64,000 nt of DNA from contig CAMWYX010000002.1 of the NCBI GenBank assembly GCA_947178575.1, forward strand, positions 32,543-96,542, read 5' to 3'. This DNA comes from an uncultured Ruminococcus sp. Its GTDB lineage: Bacteria > Bacillota > Clostridia > Oscillospirales > Ruminococcaceae. The notes under the pieces were generated by a model. That model was not told where the DNA came from, did not search any database, and saw nothing but the letters and a program-made list of their open reading frames with translations. The position numbers and the translations under genes were made by a program. This document shows positions 20,322 through 30,294 of the stretch, in pieces. Each line of letters opens with the position of its first letter. Position 1 is the first letter of the stretch.

Positions 20322-22360
20322 AAGTTCTGCAAAACTCCTCTGTAATAAAGTCCTCTTGTTATATTTCCCGACGGTTTACGGAGTGTTACGGCTTTTTTTG
20401 TTTCCTCAGCCGATTCATCATTAAGGAGAACAACTCCGAAAGATATATTTTTCATTTCGTTGATACGGTCGCCCATAAACAGCGTATCCGGATTAAGAAT
20501 CTCGACATAGTTTCCGGAGCAGGAAACAGGTAATCTGCGGTTTGTTCTGTCGGCAATATATCCGGTACAATTTTTACAGCCGGTTTCATTTTTAATCGGG
20601 CAGTTTCTTGTAAGCATAAGCGGAAGTTTTCCGTATATGACAGCTCCGAGGGGCATAGCTGTTCGTATATTTCCGAGTTGTTCCAATGTCATTTCGATTG
20701 AGATTATGCAGTCGGCGAATCCGGCATTATACAGAAATTCAGCCGAAAAACTGTTATACATATTCATGGTGAAATTTCCGTGCAGGATATACCCGAGTTT
20801 TTTTCCTACAGCGGTACTGTCGGCAGTGTTGCAGAGCAGATGTGAAAACCCGTTGTTTTTCAGCTGTTCGAGACGGGAAATAGTTTTTTCCTCATTTTCT
20901 ATAAAACGAGGAGGAGCTATAATTATTTTTTCATGCGGAACAGAACCAGTAATTCCGGATTCTGCAAGTTCGGACGGGATAATTAGATATTCAGAAAATT
21001 CCGAAGCTGTTTCGGCTTGTTCTTTTGTACGGCAGAACGTCCGCAGAGGGAGAGAACCGCTGTATTCCGGAGGACATTCGCTTTTTTGCTCCGGAACAAA
21101 TTCGGATATTATGTATCGGGGCATATTTTTTTCAGCGATTTTCTTTTCCATTCTATTTACGAGTATTCGCCGGATTTCGTTGAGTTTTCCGGCGGGAACA
21201 AATAATCCGCTGTCAATATCAGCCGTAATTTTTCCGGACTCAAAAACCGTATCGCCGAGTTTTGAAAGCTGTCGTGAAAGCGATTCGATATTGGTCGGGG
21301 AATTTTTTGCCGTATCAGGGACTGAACTTTCTGTTTCCACGGAAATATTTTCCGTATACGCCGTTATTTTCAACGGCATACCCGATTTGATTTCTGCATG
21401 GAAATTAATAATAAACGAAGATTTTTCGTGCCGGTACAGTTCGTGAATTTTCGGAATAATATTTTTGGCGGATTCAACGTCGCTTTTTTCACGCACGCCG
21501 AACATATCATTACGTATTCCGGAAAAATAGCCGTCTGTAAATCCGCTTCGTGAGAATATTCCACGGAGCATAGTCATGTCGGGAGTTCCGCCGTCAAGAG
21601 TTTTTCTGAGTTCCGAGACAACAGAAGCAACGTATTCCGGACGTTTCATTCTTCCCTCTATTTTCAGGGAATCAACACCGATTTCACGGAGCTGTCCGGT
21701 ACAGCCGAGAAGTGAAAGGTCTTTCAGCGAGAGACCGGAAAAACCTTTGTTTCCGGAGGCGGAGAACGGAAGACGGCAGGCTTGTCCGCAGCATCCACGG
21801 TTTGCGGAGCGTGAACCGAGCATGGCGGACATATAGCACTGTCCGGAAACAGACATACAGAGAGCACCGTGGACAAAAATTTCTGTTTCGGTATTTACGG
21901 AACATATTTTTTTCAGAGTTCCGGCAGGAAGTTCACGAGCCGGCACAATGCGTGAAAATCCCATATCTGCGAGCATCTTCGCACCGATAGCTGTATGTAC
22001 AGACATCTGCGTTGAGGCGTGGAGTACAGCATCCGGAACGGCACGGCGTATAATATCAACTGCTCCCCAGTCCTGCACAATAAAAGCATCAACGCCGATA
22101 TGGGCTGATTTTTTTATGTATTCGCAGAAATCGCCGGCTTCACTGTCGGCAATTACGGTATTCACTGCAAGATACAGCTTTGCTCCGTGTATATGACACT
22201 GATAGACAGCCTGTTCCAGTTCGTCATCTGAGAAGTTGACAGCGTTTCCACGTGCCGAAAATCTTTTTCCTCCGATATATACGGCATCTGCACCTGTGCG
22301 GAGTGCAGCGGTCAGGGATTCCATACTTCCTGCCGGAGCAAGTATTTCAGGAGTTCTCAT
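20318..22360 (-). CDS. U32-family protein (collagenase-like peptidase / RlhA-TrhP-type RNA hydroxylation family), long form
   Basis: U32 signature EIFVHGALCMSVSGQCYMS. 680 aa. Confidence 0.85.
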   Translation of the reverse strand: MRTPEILAPAGSMESLTAALRTGADAVYIGGKRFSARGNAVNFSDDELEQAVYQCHIHGAKLYLAVNTVIADSEAGDFCEYIKKSAHIGVDAFIVQDWGAVDIIRRAVPDAVLHASTQMSVHTAIGAKMLADMGFSRIVPARELPAGTLKKICSVNTETEIFVHGALCMSVSGQCYMSAMLGSRSANRGCCGQACRLPFSASGNKGFSGLSLKDLSLLGCTGQLREIGVDSLKIEGRMKRPEYVASVVSELRKTLDGGTPDMTMLRGIFSRSGFTDGYFSGIRNDMFGVREKSDVESAKNIIPKIHELYRHEKSSFIINFHAEIKSGMPLKITAYTENISVETESSVPDTAKNSPTNIESLSRQLSKLGDTVFESGKITADIDSGLFVPAGKLNEIRRILVNRMEKKIAEKNMPRYIISEFVPEQKSECPPEYSGSLPLRTFCRTKEQAETASEFSEYLIIPSELAESGITGSVPHEKIIIAPPRFIENEEKTISRLEQLKNNGFSHLLCNTADSTAVGKKLGYILHGNFTMNMYNSFSAEFLYNAGFADCIISIEMTLEQLGNIRTAMPLGAVIYGKLPLMLTRNCPIKNETGCKNCTGYIADRTNRRLPVSCSGNYVEILNPDTLFMGDRINEMKNISFGVVLLNDESAEETKKAVTLRKPSGNITRGLYYRGVLQNL

Positions 22361-22725
22361 TCAATGCTTTCCTTTAGCTGTTTCAGCTTTACCATATTTT
22401 CAAGCTGAACGATTTTAGCTTTCAGGGCTTCGATTTCCTTTACAGCCGAATCACGTTCAATACGGCTTTTTCCGGCTTCGTCAACGTATTCTTTTGTCTG
22501 TGAGCGTATATCTTCAAGCCGTTGATTTGCTTTATTGAGGTCGTCGAGTATGCTCAGAGATACCATAATAGCTGCGGTATACGGTGAAGTTCCGCTTCCG
22601 GAATTCATATGGTCGTTTATTTTGGATTCGAGTGAACGTGCGAGGGAATAAACATAGTTCGGAGTTTCGGCGGTGCGGATTTTGTATTCTTTTCCGCATA
22701 CGATTACTTTTACATCATTTATCAT
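22357..22725 (-). CDS. zapA: cell division protein ZapA
   Basis: 122 aa. VKVIVCGKEYKIRTAE N-terminal domain plus a C-terminal coiled coil. Confidence 0.8.
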   Translation of the reverse strand: MINDVKVIVCGKEYKIRTAETPNYVYSLARSLESKINDHMNSGSGTSPYTAAIMVSLSILDDLNKANQRLEDIRSQTKEYVDEAGKSRIERDSAVKEIEALKAKIVQLENMVKLKQLKESIE

Positions 22726-22752
22726 ACTTATCTGCCTTTCTTTGAGGATATA

Positions 22753-24162
22753 TTATTCAGCGAGTTTTTTCAGTATCATCTTGGCGATTTTATAGGCATC
22801 ACCGCACCCCAGCGTAATAACGAGGTCGCCGGACTGTGCGTTTTCGCATACGTAGTCGCATATCTGCTGAAAGTTCTGATATTTCCGTTCGTCTGTCCAT
22901 TCGGCGGATTCGTCCTGCGGAAACCAGATACATTCCGGAATTTTTTCTGCGAGGTGGCGTGTGAAAATTCCGTAGGTATTTTTTTCACGGCTTCCCATAA
23001 TATCGGTGAGGACTGCACAGTCAGGGATTTGCAGAACTCTTGCGAAATCGTCGAGCAGAAGACTTGTTCTGCTGAACGTGAACGGCTGGAACACAGCCCA
23101 TACTTTGCGGAAATTCATTTCCATAGCGGCAGTGAGAACAGCTTCGAGTTCTGTGGGGTGATGAGCGTAATCATCAACGACTGTGATTCCTTTTTCTTCG
23201 CCGAGTTTGTCAAAACGCCGTTTTGCACCACGGAAATCTTCAAGACCTTTTGCGATATATTCAAAGCCGACTCCGCAGTATCTTGAAGCGGCAACTGCGG
23301 CAAGAGAATTGAGAACATTGTGTATACCGGCGACGTGGAGTGTGATTCTGCCGAGTTTTTCGCCTTTATACACTGCGTCGTATGAGGTGAGCAGACCGTC
23401 ATGCTCGATATTTTCGGGATAATAGTCGCAATTGCTGTTGTTTCCGAAAGTAATTATTTCCTTGCCGGCAATTCCTTCGAGGGATTTCATTGAATTTTCG
23501 TCCGAGCCGTTTATGATTATGCACTTTGATGTGTTTTCATTGAATTTATGAAAAGATTTGATTATATTATCCAATGTACCGAAATAGTCGAGATGGTCGG
23601 CATCAATATTGAGAATCACTGAAATATCGGGGAAAAATTTCAGGAAGTGGTCTTCAAATTCGCATGATTCACATACAAGAATATCACTTTTTCCGGCGAT
23701 ACCGCTTCCACCGATACAAGGGAGCTTTCCGCCGATATATGCAGAAATATCTATTTCGGCAGTACACATTATCTGAGTTATCATGGAAGTTGTTGAAGTT
23801 TTTCCGTGAGTTCCTGATACGCATATAGCACGTTCATACCAGCTTGTTATAATTCCGAGCAGGTCGGCACGTTCCAGCACAGGAACACCGCTCTGACGTG
23901 CTGCCATGAGTTCGGGATTATCCGGCATAATAGCTGCTGTGTGAACTATCAGGTCAGCACCTTTTATATTTTCGGCGTGCTGTCCGATATATACGGGAAT
24001 GCCCATTTTCCGTACTGCTTCGAGAGTTTCGGTTTCGTTGTTGTCCGAGCCGGTGAGATAATATCCCTGACCGTGAAGTATCTGTGCGAGCGGGTACATA
24101 CCCGAACCGCCGATACCGATAAAATGAATGTGTTTTTTGCCGTTAAGAATATTTCTGTCCAT
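22753..24162 (-). CDS. murC: UDP-N-acetylmuramate--L-alanine ligase
   Basis: IHFIGIGGSGM and GTHGKTSTTSM motifs. Mur ligase middle and C-terminal domains. Confidence 0.93.
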   Translation of the reverse strand: MDRNILNGKKHIHFIGIGGSGMYPLAQILHGQGYYLTGSDNNETETLEAVRKMGIPVYIGQHAENIKGADLIVHTAAIMPDNPELMAARQSGVPVLERADLLGIITSWYERAICVSGTHGKTSTTSMITQIMCTAEIDISAYIGGKLPCIGGSGIAGKSDILVCESCEFEDHFLKFFPDISVILNIDADHLDYFGTLDNIIKSFHKFNENTSKCIIINGSDENSMKSLEGIAGKEIITFGNNSNCDYYPENIEHDGLLTSYDAVYKGEKLGRITLHVAGIHNVLNSLAAVAASRYCGVGFEYIAKGLEDFRGAKRRFDKLGEEKGITVVDDYAHHPTELEAVLTAAMEMNFRKVWAVFQPFTFSRTSLLLDDFARVLQIPDCAVLTDIMGSREKNTYGIFTRHLAEKIPECIWFPQDESAEWTDERKYQNFQQICDYVCENAQSGDLVITLGCGDAYKIAKMILKKLAE

Positions 24163-24366
24163 TGTATCACCTTTTCAAGTTTAATAAGATTAATTTTTAA
24201 ACATATATTCTGGCACAAACTGCCTATTCTATTATTATACTATATTCTTGCGATTATTTCAATAGGGTAATTGGAATTATTTCATGTTATTTTTTCTTTT
24301 TACAAATCGGAACTTGTCGCCGTGCGGTATATTACAGAGAAATTACAAAAAAATTTTCATAATCTA

Positions 24367-24395
24367 TTGATTTTTCCGTGGGAATGGTTTATAAT
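24367..24395 (+). promoter_or_regulatory. sigma-A-type promoter candidate for spoVG
   Basis: TTGATT, 17-nt spacer, TATAAT. Confidence 0.55.
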
Positions 24396-24480
24396 ATAAG
24401 TTAGGCATATATCCGGCTGATTTTGGACAGCCGGAATTAAGGAGTATAATTATATGTCAGGTTATAAGGAGGTTTTTTCT

Positions 24481-24828
24481 ATGCAGATTACAGATGTAAA
24501 AATCAGAAAATTAATGTCCGGAGGCAGACTTCGTGCGGTAGTTTCAATAACTATTGATGATATGCTTGCCGTTCATGACATCAAGGTTGTTCAGGGTGAC
24601 GAAAGACTTTTTGTTGCAATGCCCAGCCGTAAAGACGAAAACGGAATTTTCCGTGATATTGTTCACCCTATTTCACCCGAGGCAAGACGCATTATTGAGG
24701 CGTGCATACTTGAAGCATATGAGCGTCAGGCAGCACTTGCAGAAGCAGAAGCAGAATCCGAATCCGGAATTATAGCATCAGCAGACGCACCGGCTACATA
24801 CGGCGGTTCTGATGTAGTTTCTGAATAA
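24481..24828 (+). CDS. spoVG: septation protein SpoVG
   Basis: MQITDVKIRKL..LRAVVSITIDDMLAVHDIKVVQG..FVAMPSRK. TAAGGAGG RBS precedes ATG 24481. Confidence 0.93.
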   Translation: MQITDVKIRKLMSGGRLRAVVSITIDDMLAVHDIKVVQGDERLFVAMPSRKDENGIFRDIVHPISPEARRIIEACILEAYERQAALAEAEAESESGIIASADAPATYGGSDVVSE

Positions 24829-24837
24829 TAACAATTA

Positions 24838-24877
24838 AAAATCCTGCCCTTTATATTCAAAAGGCAGGATTTTTTTG
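24838..24877. terminator. bidirectional terminator between spoVG (+) and the NUDIX gene (-)
   Basis: AAATCCTGCC / GGCAGGATTT stem followed by a T7 run. Confidence 0.85.
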
Positions 24878-24878
24878 A

Positions 24879-25415
24879 TTATATTCCGAGTATTCTTGCG
24901 GCTTTGAGTATGGCAAGCTGAGTTTTTCCGTCACGTATCTCGCAGTTCATGACTTGCTGAACAGCATCGGCAAGAGAAATTTTTTCGACGTCAAGAAATT
25001 CATCGGGGTCAAGGTTCTGACGGCTGAATTCAAGACCTTTTGCGAGATACATATGTGTGATTTCGGAATTATATGCCGGAGTCGGGAGCATTTCACCCAT
25101 ATATATAAATTCCTTGCAGGTGTAGCCTGTTTCCTCAAGGAGTTCACGTTTTCCGCATTCGGCGTGATTTTCGCCTTTTTCGAGTTTTCCGGCAGGGACT
25201 TCTCTTGTGGTAGTACGGAAAGGATAGCGGAACTGTTTTACAAGAAAGATTTCATTATTTTCCGTAACCGGTACAACGCAGACTCCGCCATGGTGCAGAA
25301 GAACATCACGGACAGCATGATTTCCGTTTTCGAGTTCAACGGTATCGTGGGTTATTGTAAAAATAACTCCCTCATATTTGATTTCGCTTTTCAGTGTTTT
25401 TTCATCAAGATGCAT
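24879..25415 (-). CDS. NUDIX hydrolase (ADP-ribose pyrophosphatase type)
   Basis: Nudix box GKLEKGENHAECGKRELLEETG. Confidence 0.85.
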   Translation of the reverse strand: MHLDEKTLKSEIKYEGVIFTITHDTVELENGNHAVRDVLLHHGGVCVVPVTENNEIFLVKQFRYPFRTTTREVPAGKLEKGENHAECGKRELLEETGYTCKEFIYMGEMLPTPAYNSEITHMYLAKGLEFSRQNLDPDEFLDVEKISLADAVQQVMNCEIRDGKTQLAILKAARILGI

Positions 25416-25434
25416 AATAATTCTCCTTTTGAAT

Positions 25435-27948
25435 TTATCTGTGGATTTTTTTGGATTTTGTTCTGTTTGAATATATTTCAGATGCCGTTATTTTCTGGCA
25501 TGAATTATAATCGTATCTGTGTGATATGAATTTCTGTTTTTCTGGATATTTACGGCATATCAGAACATATATCAGAAGCAGAATCAGACCGGATAACGAT
25601 ATGATTATTCCCTCACGCAGTCCCGGAGTTGTATAGCGGAATACTATTTTATTTTCTCCGGAATCCGCTTTTACAGCCATAAATCCGTAAGAAACTTTTT
25701 CCACATCTGCCGGCTGACCGTTGACTTCAGCAGTCCAGCCGTCGCTGTACGGAACGCTGAAAAATACAAGCTGAGGTTTGTCAAGAGTTATTCCGGCTTC
25801 AAATCCCTTTGAATCATAGGTGAAACTGTGGGAAGATTTTGCACGTTTTTCTTCACAGGCAGTAATATAGCTTTTTTTATCCATATCAAGAACATCTGTT
25901 CCGGCTTTTTTCAGAATACCGGAATATTTTTCTATCTGCTCATCGCTGAGGACGAGCGCACTTATAAGTGAACGTTCACGCACGGATTTATTGCTTATTC
26001 CAGAATCATTTTCAGAAATATAGGTATCATATCCGAAACCCATGGGGATATAATGTTCATTCTCATATATTTCAAAATACTCATTTTCCGCAATATACCG
26101 GAATCCGGGGAGTTCTTTTTCAATATCGGCACGGGAAGCCCTTATTCCGTTTTTGTCCGTAAGTTCACTGCTGTCAGGGGATTCTGTCATGCTTTTTAAT
26201 TCCTCATAGGTGTAGCCGTCAACTTTTTCACGATAGAAATATTTTACAGAAAAAAGTCCTCTAAGTGTATAATGACTTACATCGGCACGGGAAGCAACAT
26301 CACGGTTTACGCCTACAGAGTCATAAAATTCCATGATAGAAGTATTTACAACGCTCTGGAATGCTCTCATACACGGAAGTCCCCACAGCATAGGATAATT
26401 GTCACGGTCTTCGGATATATCAATGCGGAAAAAATTTTCTTCGCTGACTTTTTCATATACGTCCTCACCGCATTTTATTGCGGAATCAATATATTTTCCT
26501 GCTGATTCCGGCGTAACTGCACCGTACAGAACTACTGCAATCACGCATATAACACTTGCCACAGCCGAAGCATATGTCATAAGTTTAGGATATTTTTTCC
26601 GGCGGTGTATGATAATTACAGCACATATCAGAAATACGACGGCTATTCCGGTTGTAAGCCAGAAATATGCGAAATCGTTCGGATATGAGAACCATTTTAT
26701 TTCATCGTTTTCCTTTATCGGTATGAATGATATTACGCCGAAGAAAACAATTACACCTGCTGTTATTTTTACTGCCGGTCTGAAATCCGCATCATCGTCA
26801 TCGAGTGACTGAGCAGTCATAAGGGCAAATATAAGTATCGGCATATAGTACCATCTGGCGTAATAACTCGCATTGAACATATAGAACATACTGTTCAGAA
26901 CCGGAATAAATGCGCACAGAATACATATCAGTGAAATTCTTACAGCCCAGTGTTTTTTTCTTGCACGCATGAACGTTATAACTCCGAGCATCGAGAAAAG
27001 GGGCATATATCCGCCTACCGATGCCCATTTTGCTCCCTCGCTCTTGAAAAGGTTCGGACGTGCCGGAGCATCTGACGGCAGGAAGAATGTCTGTATTGCA
27101 CGGAGAACCCGTGACTGTTCGCTGTAGAAAATCATTCTGTCGCCGTAAAGATGTTGATTTACACGGTAATTATCGAGAAGTGCAAGTGCAGACGGAAGCA
27201 GAATAAATCCGGCGATTGCAGTTCCGAGAACAGCTTCGAGGAGCAGGAGGAAAAATTTTTTCCAGTTTGCCGGAAAATCCTTTGACGGCAGGCGGATAAG
27301 AAAATATATAATTAAAAATACGACCTGACCCGTAAAGAAATAGTAATTGACAGATGCCATTACGGCAACTGTTACGGCGAACCAGCCACGGCGGTTTCTG
27401 CATATATTTTCCTCCATGGCAATGAGCATAAGCGGAAAAAGTGCGGTAACGTCCTGAAAGTGATTGAAAAACAGATTGAATACCTGAAATCCCGAAAACG
27501 TATACATCAGTGCACCGGTGAGTGCGGATTCTTTTCCTCTGACAAAACGGCGTATATAGATATACGATGTAAGTGACGCAATACCATGTTTTATCGCCAG
27601 AAGAACCGGTATAAAACTACTCACAAGCCATTTTGGGATTATCGTTGTGAGCCAGAAAAAAGGGCTTCCGATAAGATAAAACGAATATGATGTAAGCAGG
27701 TCTGAACCCAAATCGGTGAACCAGTTCCAGCCGAACTGACCATTACGGACGGCATTGTTCAGCAGAGTATGGAAAGGAATCTGCTGTGCATTGAAATCAC
27801 CGTAATATATAAAATAACCGTGTTCACATATCATTATCGGAATAAATGTCACCATAATGACAGCAAATCCCATAATAAATGCCTGAAGATATTTTTCTTT
27901 TGTGTTGCTGGCATATCTGAGCCGTCTTGTTTTATGTTCTGTTTTCAT
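25435..27948 (-). CDS. YfhO-family polytopic membrane protein (putative glycosyltransferase)
   Basis: About 837 aa with many TM segments and a YfhO-like N-terminus (YYGDFNAQQIPFH). AGGAG RBS favours ATG 27948 over TTG 27966. Confidence 0.75.
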   Translation of the reverse strand: MKTEHKTRRLRYASNTKEKYLQAFIMGFAVIMVTFIPIMICEHGYFIYYGDFNAQQIPFHTLLNNAVRNGQFGWNWFTDLGSDLLTSYSFYLIGSPFFWLTTIIPKWLVSSFIPVLLAIKHGIASLTSYIYIRRFVRGKESALTGALMYTFSGFQVFNLFFNHFQDVTALFPLMLIAMEENICRNRRGWFAVTVAVMASVNYYFFTGQVVFLIIYFLIRLPSKDFPANWKKFFLLLLEAVLGTAIAGFILLPSALALLDNYRVNQHLYGDRMIFYSEQSRVLRAIQTFFLPSDAPARPNLFKSEGAKWASVGGYMPLFSMLGVITFMRARKKHWAVRISLICILCAFIPVLNSMFYMFNASYYARWYYMPILIFALMTAQSLDDDDADFRPAVKITAGVIVFFGVISFIPIKENDEIKWFSYPNDFAYFWLTTGIAVVFLICAVIIIHRRKKYPKLMTYASAVASVICVIAVVLYGAVTPESAGKYIDSAIKCGEDVYEKVSEENFFRIDISEDRDNYPMLWGLPCMRAFQSVVNTSIMEFYDSVGVNRDVASRADVSHYTLRGLFSVKYFYREKVDGYTYEELKSMTESPDSSELTDKNGIRASRADIEKELPGFRYIAENEYFEIYENEHYIPMGFGYDTYISENDSGISNKSVRERSLISALVLSDEQIEKYSGILKKAGTDVLDMDKKSYITACEEKRAKSSHSFTYDSKGFEAGITLDKPQLVFFSVPYSDGWTAEVNGQPADVEKVSYGFMAVKADSGENKIVFRYTTPGLREGIIISLSGLILLLIYVLICRKYPEKQKFISHRYDYNSCQKITASEIYSNRTKSKKIHR

Positions 27949-27985
27949 TTTTTTGTCTCCTGTCAAAACTGTTTGAATTGATGTT

Positions 27986-28534
27986 TCAGTTATACTTGTT
28001 TATAATCTGCTGTGCTGCCTTTTGTCTTGTACAACGGTTGTTCATGGCGAGTTTTTCAATATACCGGTGTGCCTGCGGTTCAGTGAAGTTAAGGTATTTC
28101 ATAAGAACCGCCTTGGCTTTGTTTATGGTACGTATATCATCGGTACGGCTGAAAATATCACCGGATTCCCGTACATTTCCGGTGAGCATAATATCATGTA
28201 TTATTTCTGCGAGATGATTTCTGTCAACCGGTTTACTGAGAACGATTATTCCGTAATCGCCGAGATTTTCCGCCATTTCCTCTGAAATACCGTGCTGACA
28301 CATCATTATTGTTTTTGCAGATGTTTCATAGGATAACGACACGGCGAGTTCCTGACCAAATTCATCTGACAGGGGAGTATTTATTATTATAATATCCGAA
28401 AAAAAGCTGTTTTTTATAAAACGCCGAGTTTCATTTCCGGAGGAAAAAACGGCTATGCGGTCAAATCCGGAATTTTTCAGAATCTGCTCCATGAAATCCG
28501 GATTTTCCGCCGACACTATAATTGCACTGTTCAT
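27986..28534 (-). CDS. ANTAR-domain RNA-binding regulator with a pseudo-receiver domain
   Basis: C-terminal ANTAR helices (INKAKAVLMKYLNFTEPQAHRYIEKLAMNN). The receiver-like N-terminus has AE in place of the acidic pair and Asn (DIIIINTPL) at the phospho-acceptor position. Confidence 0.8.
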   Translation of the reverse strand: MNSAIIVSAENPDFMEQILKNSGFDRIAVFSSGNETRRFIKNSFFSDIIIINTPLSDEFGQELAVSLSYETSAKTIMMCQHGISEEMAENLGDYGIIVLSKPVDRNHLAEIIHDIMLTGNVRESGDIFSRTDDIRTINKAKAVLMKYLNFTEPQAHRYIEKLAMNNRCTRQKAAQQIINKYN

Positions 28535-28546
28535 GTGGATATATCC

Positions 28547-29818
28547 TTAAATGTACGGGAAATAGAATTTCTGTTCAAATTCTGATTTATCCGTGCTGTT
28601 TTTATAATTTTCAATCTGATATTCTGCATAGTTCATCATTCTTCCGATTACGCTTTCCGGCAGACATCTGCGGACGAAATCGCTTTCACGGGAAATCTGC
28701 ACGGCTTTTTCAAGAGAATCCGGAAGCTGTATTGATTTATCGTAATCCGAAATCATGTTGTCACGTGATTTGATTCCCTCCATTCCGGCGGAAAGAATAA
28801 GCCTGAAAGCTATATACGGATTGCACGCCGCATCTGCGGAACGCAGTTCAATGCGTGGGGTTATTCCGGCGGAATGCGGAATGCGTATAAGCGGAGCGCA
28901 GTTTTTTTCCGAACAATTGACATATTGCGGAGCATTTCCCACGCCGAAACGCTTGTATGAGTTTACGGTCGGATTGAGAAAAGCCGTGATTTCGCCTATT
29001 CTGCGCATTATTCCTGATATGAAACATCTGCCGTTCTCTGTGATTTTTTCCGGAGATGTTCCGAAAATATGTTCACCGTTTTTTCTGATACTCAGGGATA
29101 TATTTAGTGCGCTTCCGTGATGGTTTTCCAGAGGTTTCGGCATGAACGACGCAAAAAGTCCGCACTGTGCCGATATTGATTTCACAACTGTTTTATAGTG
29201 AACCATATCATCGGCGGCATTTACCGGCTCATTTGCACGGAAATCTATTTCATTCTGAGCAGGGCCGTGCTTATGGCAGGAGCTTTTCGGATTAAGACCC
29301 ATTTCTTCAAGCGAAAGGCAGATTTCACGGCGGACGTTTTCGCATTTGTCGAGGGGAGCAACATCGAGATATCCGCCGTTATCGTGAGGGATGAGCGTAG
29401 GTTCGCCCTTTTCGTCAAGGTTAAAGAGATAAAATTCACAGCGTGTTCCCATTTCGCAGGAATATCCGTTCAGCCGGAGTTCGTTGATATAATCAATCAG
29501 ATTTGTGCGCATATCGTCGGTGAAATCTTTTCCGTCGGGATATTTCAGACTACAGAAAAACCGGACAACTCTTCCGGATTTAGGTCTCCACGGCATAACG
29601 GAAAGCGTGGATATATCCGGAAACAGGAGCAAATCGGAACTGTTTACGCCGAAATCTGCGGCATCAAACGGGATTCCGTTCACGAATGCCTGTTCGAGTT
29701 CATTCGGCATTACGGCTATATTTTTAAGATTTCCGAAAACGTCGCAGAATGTAAGACGTATAAATTTGACATCATTTTCGCTGACGAATTTCAGCAGTTC
29801 TTTCGGGGTGTTATTCAT
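28547..29818 (-). CDS. glnA: glutamine synthetase (type I, ~423 aa)
   Basis: GS beta-grasp and catalytic-domain motifs (VKFIRLTFCDVFG, FEQKFYFPYI C-terminus). Start moved to ATG 29818. The longer listed ORF would run across a terminator, a promoter and into feoA. Confidence 0.9.
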   Translation of the reverse strand: MNNTPKELLKFVSENDVKFIRLTFCDVFGNLKNIAVMPNELEQAFVNGIPFDAADFGVNSSDLLLFPDISTLSVMPWRPKSGRVVRFFCSLKYPDGKDFTDDMRTNLIDYINELRLNGYSCEMGTRCEFYLFNLDEKGEPTLIPHDNGGYLDVAPLDKCENVRREICLSLEEMGLNPKSSCHKHGPAQNEIDFRANEPVNAADDMVHYKTVVKSISAQCGLFASFMPKPLENHHGSALNISLSIRKNGEHIFGTSPEKITENGRCFISGIMRRIGEITAFLNPTVNSYKRFGVGNAPQYVNCSEKNCAPLIRIPHSAGITPRIELRSADAACNPYIAFRLILSAGMEGIKSRDNMISDYDKSIQLPDSLEKAVQISRESDFVRRCLPESVIGRMMNYAEYQIENYKNSTDKSEFEQKFYFPYI

Positions 29819-29849
29819 GAATGCACTTCCTTTAATATAAATCAGATTA

Positions 29850-29878
29850 ATTATATCACATTTTTTTGCATATGTAAA
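29850..29878 (-). promoter_or_regulatory. sigma-A-type promoter for glnA
   Basis: On the minus strand: TTTACA, 17-nt spacer, TGaTATAAT extended -10. About 30 nt upstream of the start. Confidence 0.65.
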
Positions 29879-29890
29879 CACTTTCAGAGC

Positions 29891-29918
29891 AAAAAAAGAA
29901 ACGGAAAAAATCCGTTTC
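29891..29918 (-). terminator. intrinsic terminator after feoA
   Basis: Minus strand: GAAACGGA, loop, TCCGTTTC, then T7. Confidence 0.8.
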
Positions 29919-29925
29919 GTTGTTG

Positions 29926-30147
29926 TTAATCTTTTAAAATTATAGTGTCGGCGAGTTGGTTGTCGATACTGTAACGGCTGTCTTTTATGGATATTACGCA
30001 GGTTTTTTTTCTGCGTGTAACTACTGTCACGGATTCTCCGCTGTAGCACCCAAGCGAAAAGAGGAAAGAAATAAGTTCCTCATCATCTTCAACATTTATT
30101 TTGCTTATGATATATTCCTTGCCCTCTTCGGCGTTCAATAAAGTCAT
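29926..30147 (-). CDS. feoA: FeoA-family small protein (no feoB in window)
   Basis: 73 aa with the SH3-like FeoA pattern (G.EYIISKI....EELISFLFSLGCYSGESVTVV). Confidence 0.7.
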   Translation of the reverse strand: MTLLNAEEGKEYIISKINVEDDEELISFLFSLGCYSGESVTVVTRRKKTCVISIKDSRYSIDNQLADTIILKD

Positions 30148-30197
30148 GTGTTCTCCCTCTTTTCCTGATTTTATATGAGTTATTGTAAGCTAACTAC

Positions 30198-30226
30198 AGT
30201 ATACATCAAATCCGAAAATTTGTCAA
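30198..30226 (-). promoter_or_regulatory. sigma-A-type promoter for feoA
   Basis: Minus strand: TTGACA, 17-nt spacer, TATACT. Confidence 0.6.
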
Positions 30227-30294
30227 GGGATTCCGGCTGATACGTTAAATATCGTCGTTTTTTACAAAAAAATCTTCATTGTGACTGCTTTCAT

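Noticed and set aside
20637-21446. 269-aa ORF antisense to the U32-family gene. The similar antisense ORFs at 34555-35274, 43779-44528, 44473-45078, 13895-14473, 9723-10271 and 33382-33975 belong in the same group.
   Set aside because: Each lies fully inside a confidently identified gene on the other strand. They have low-complexity or Phe/Ser/Ile-rich mirror-frame composition and no RBS.
29198-29929. 243-aa plus-strand ORF antisense to glnA. I considered it because antisense regulation of glnA is known in a solventogenic Clostridium.
   Set aside because: It has no RBS, its composition is that of a mirror frame of a real gene, and I see no promoter for it. An antisense RNA cannot be judged from sequence alone.
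28547-30049. The listed 500-aa form of the glutamine synthetase ORF, overlapping feoA.
   Set aside because: The N-terminal 77 codons (29819-30049) run across a terminator, a good promoter and the 3' end of feoA, and they look non-protein-like. GS homology begins at MNNTPKELLKF (ATG 29818).
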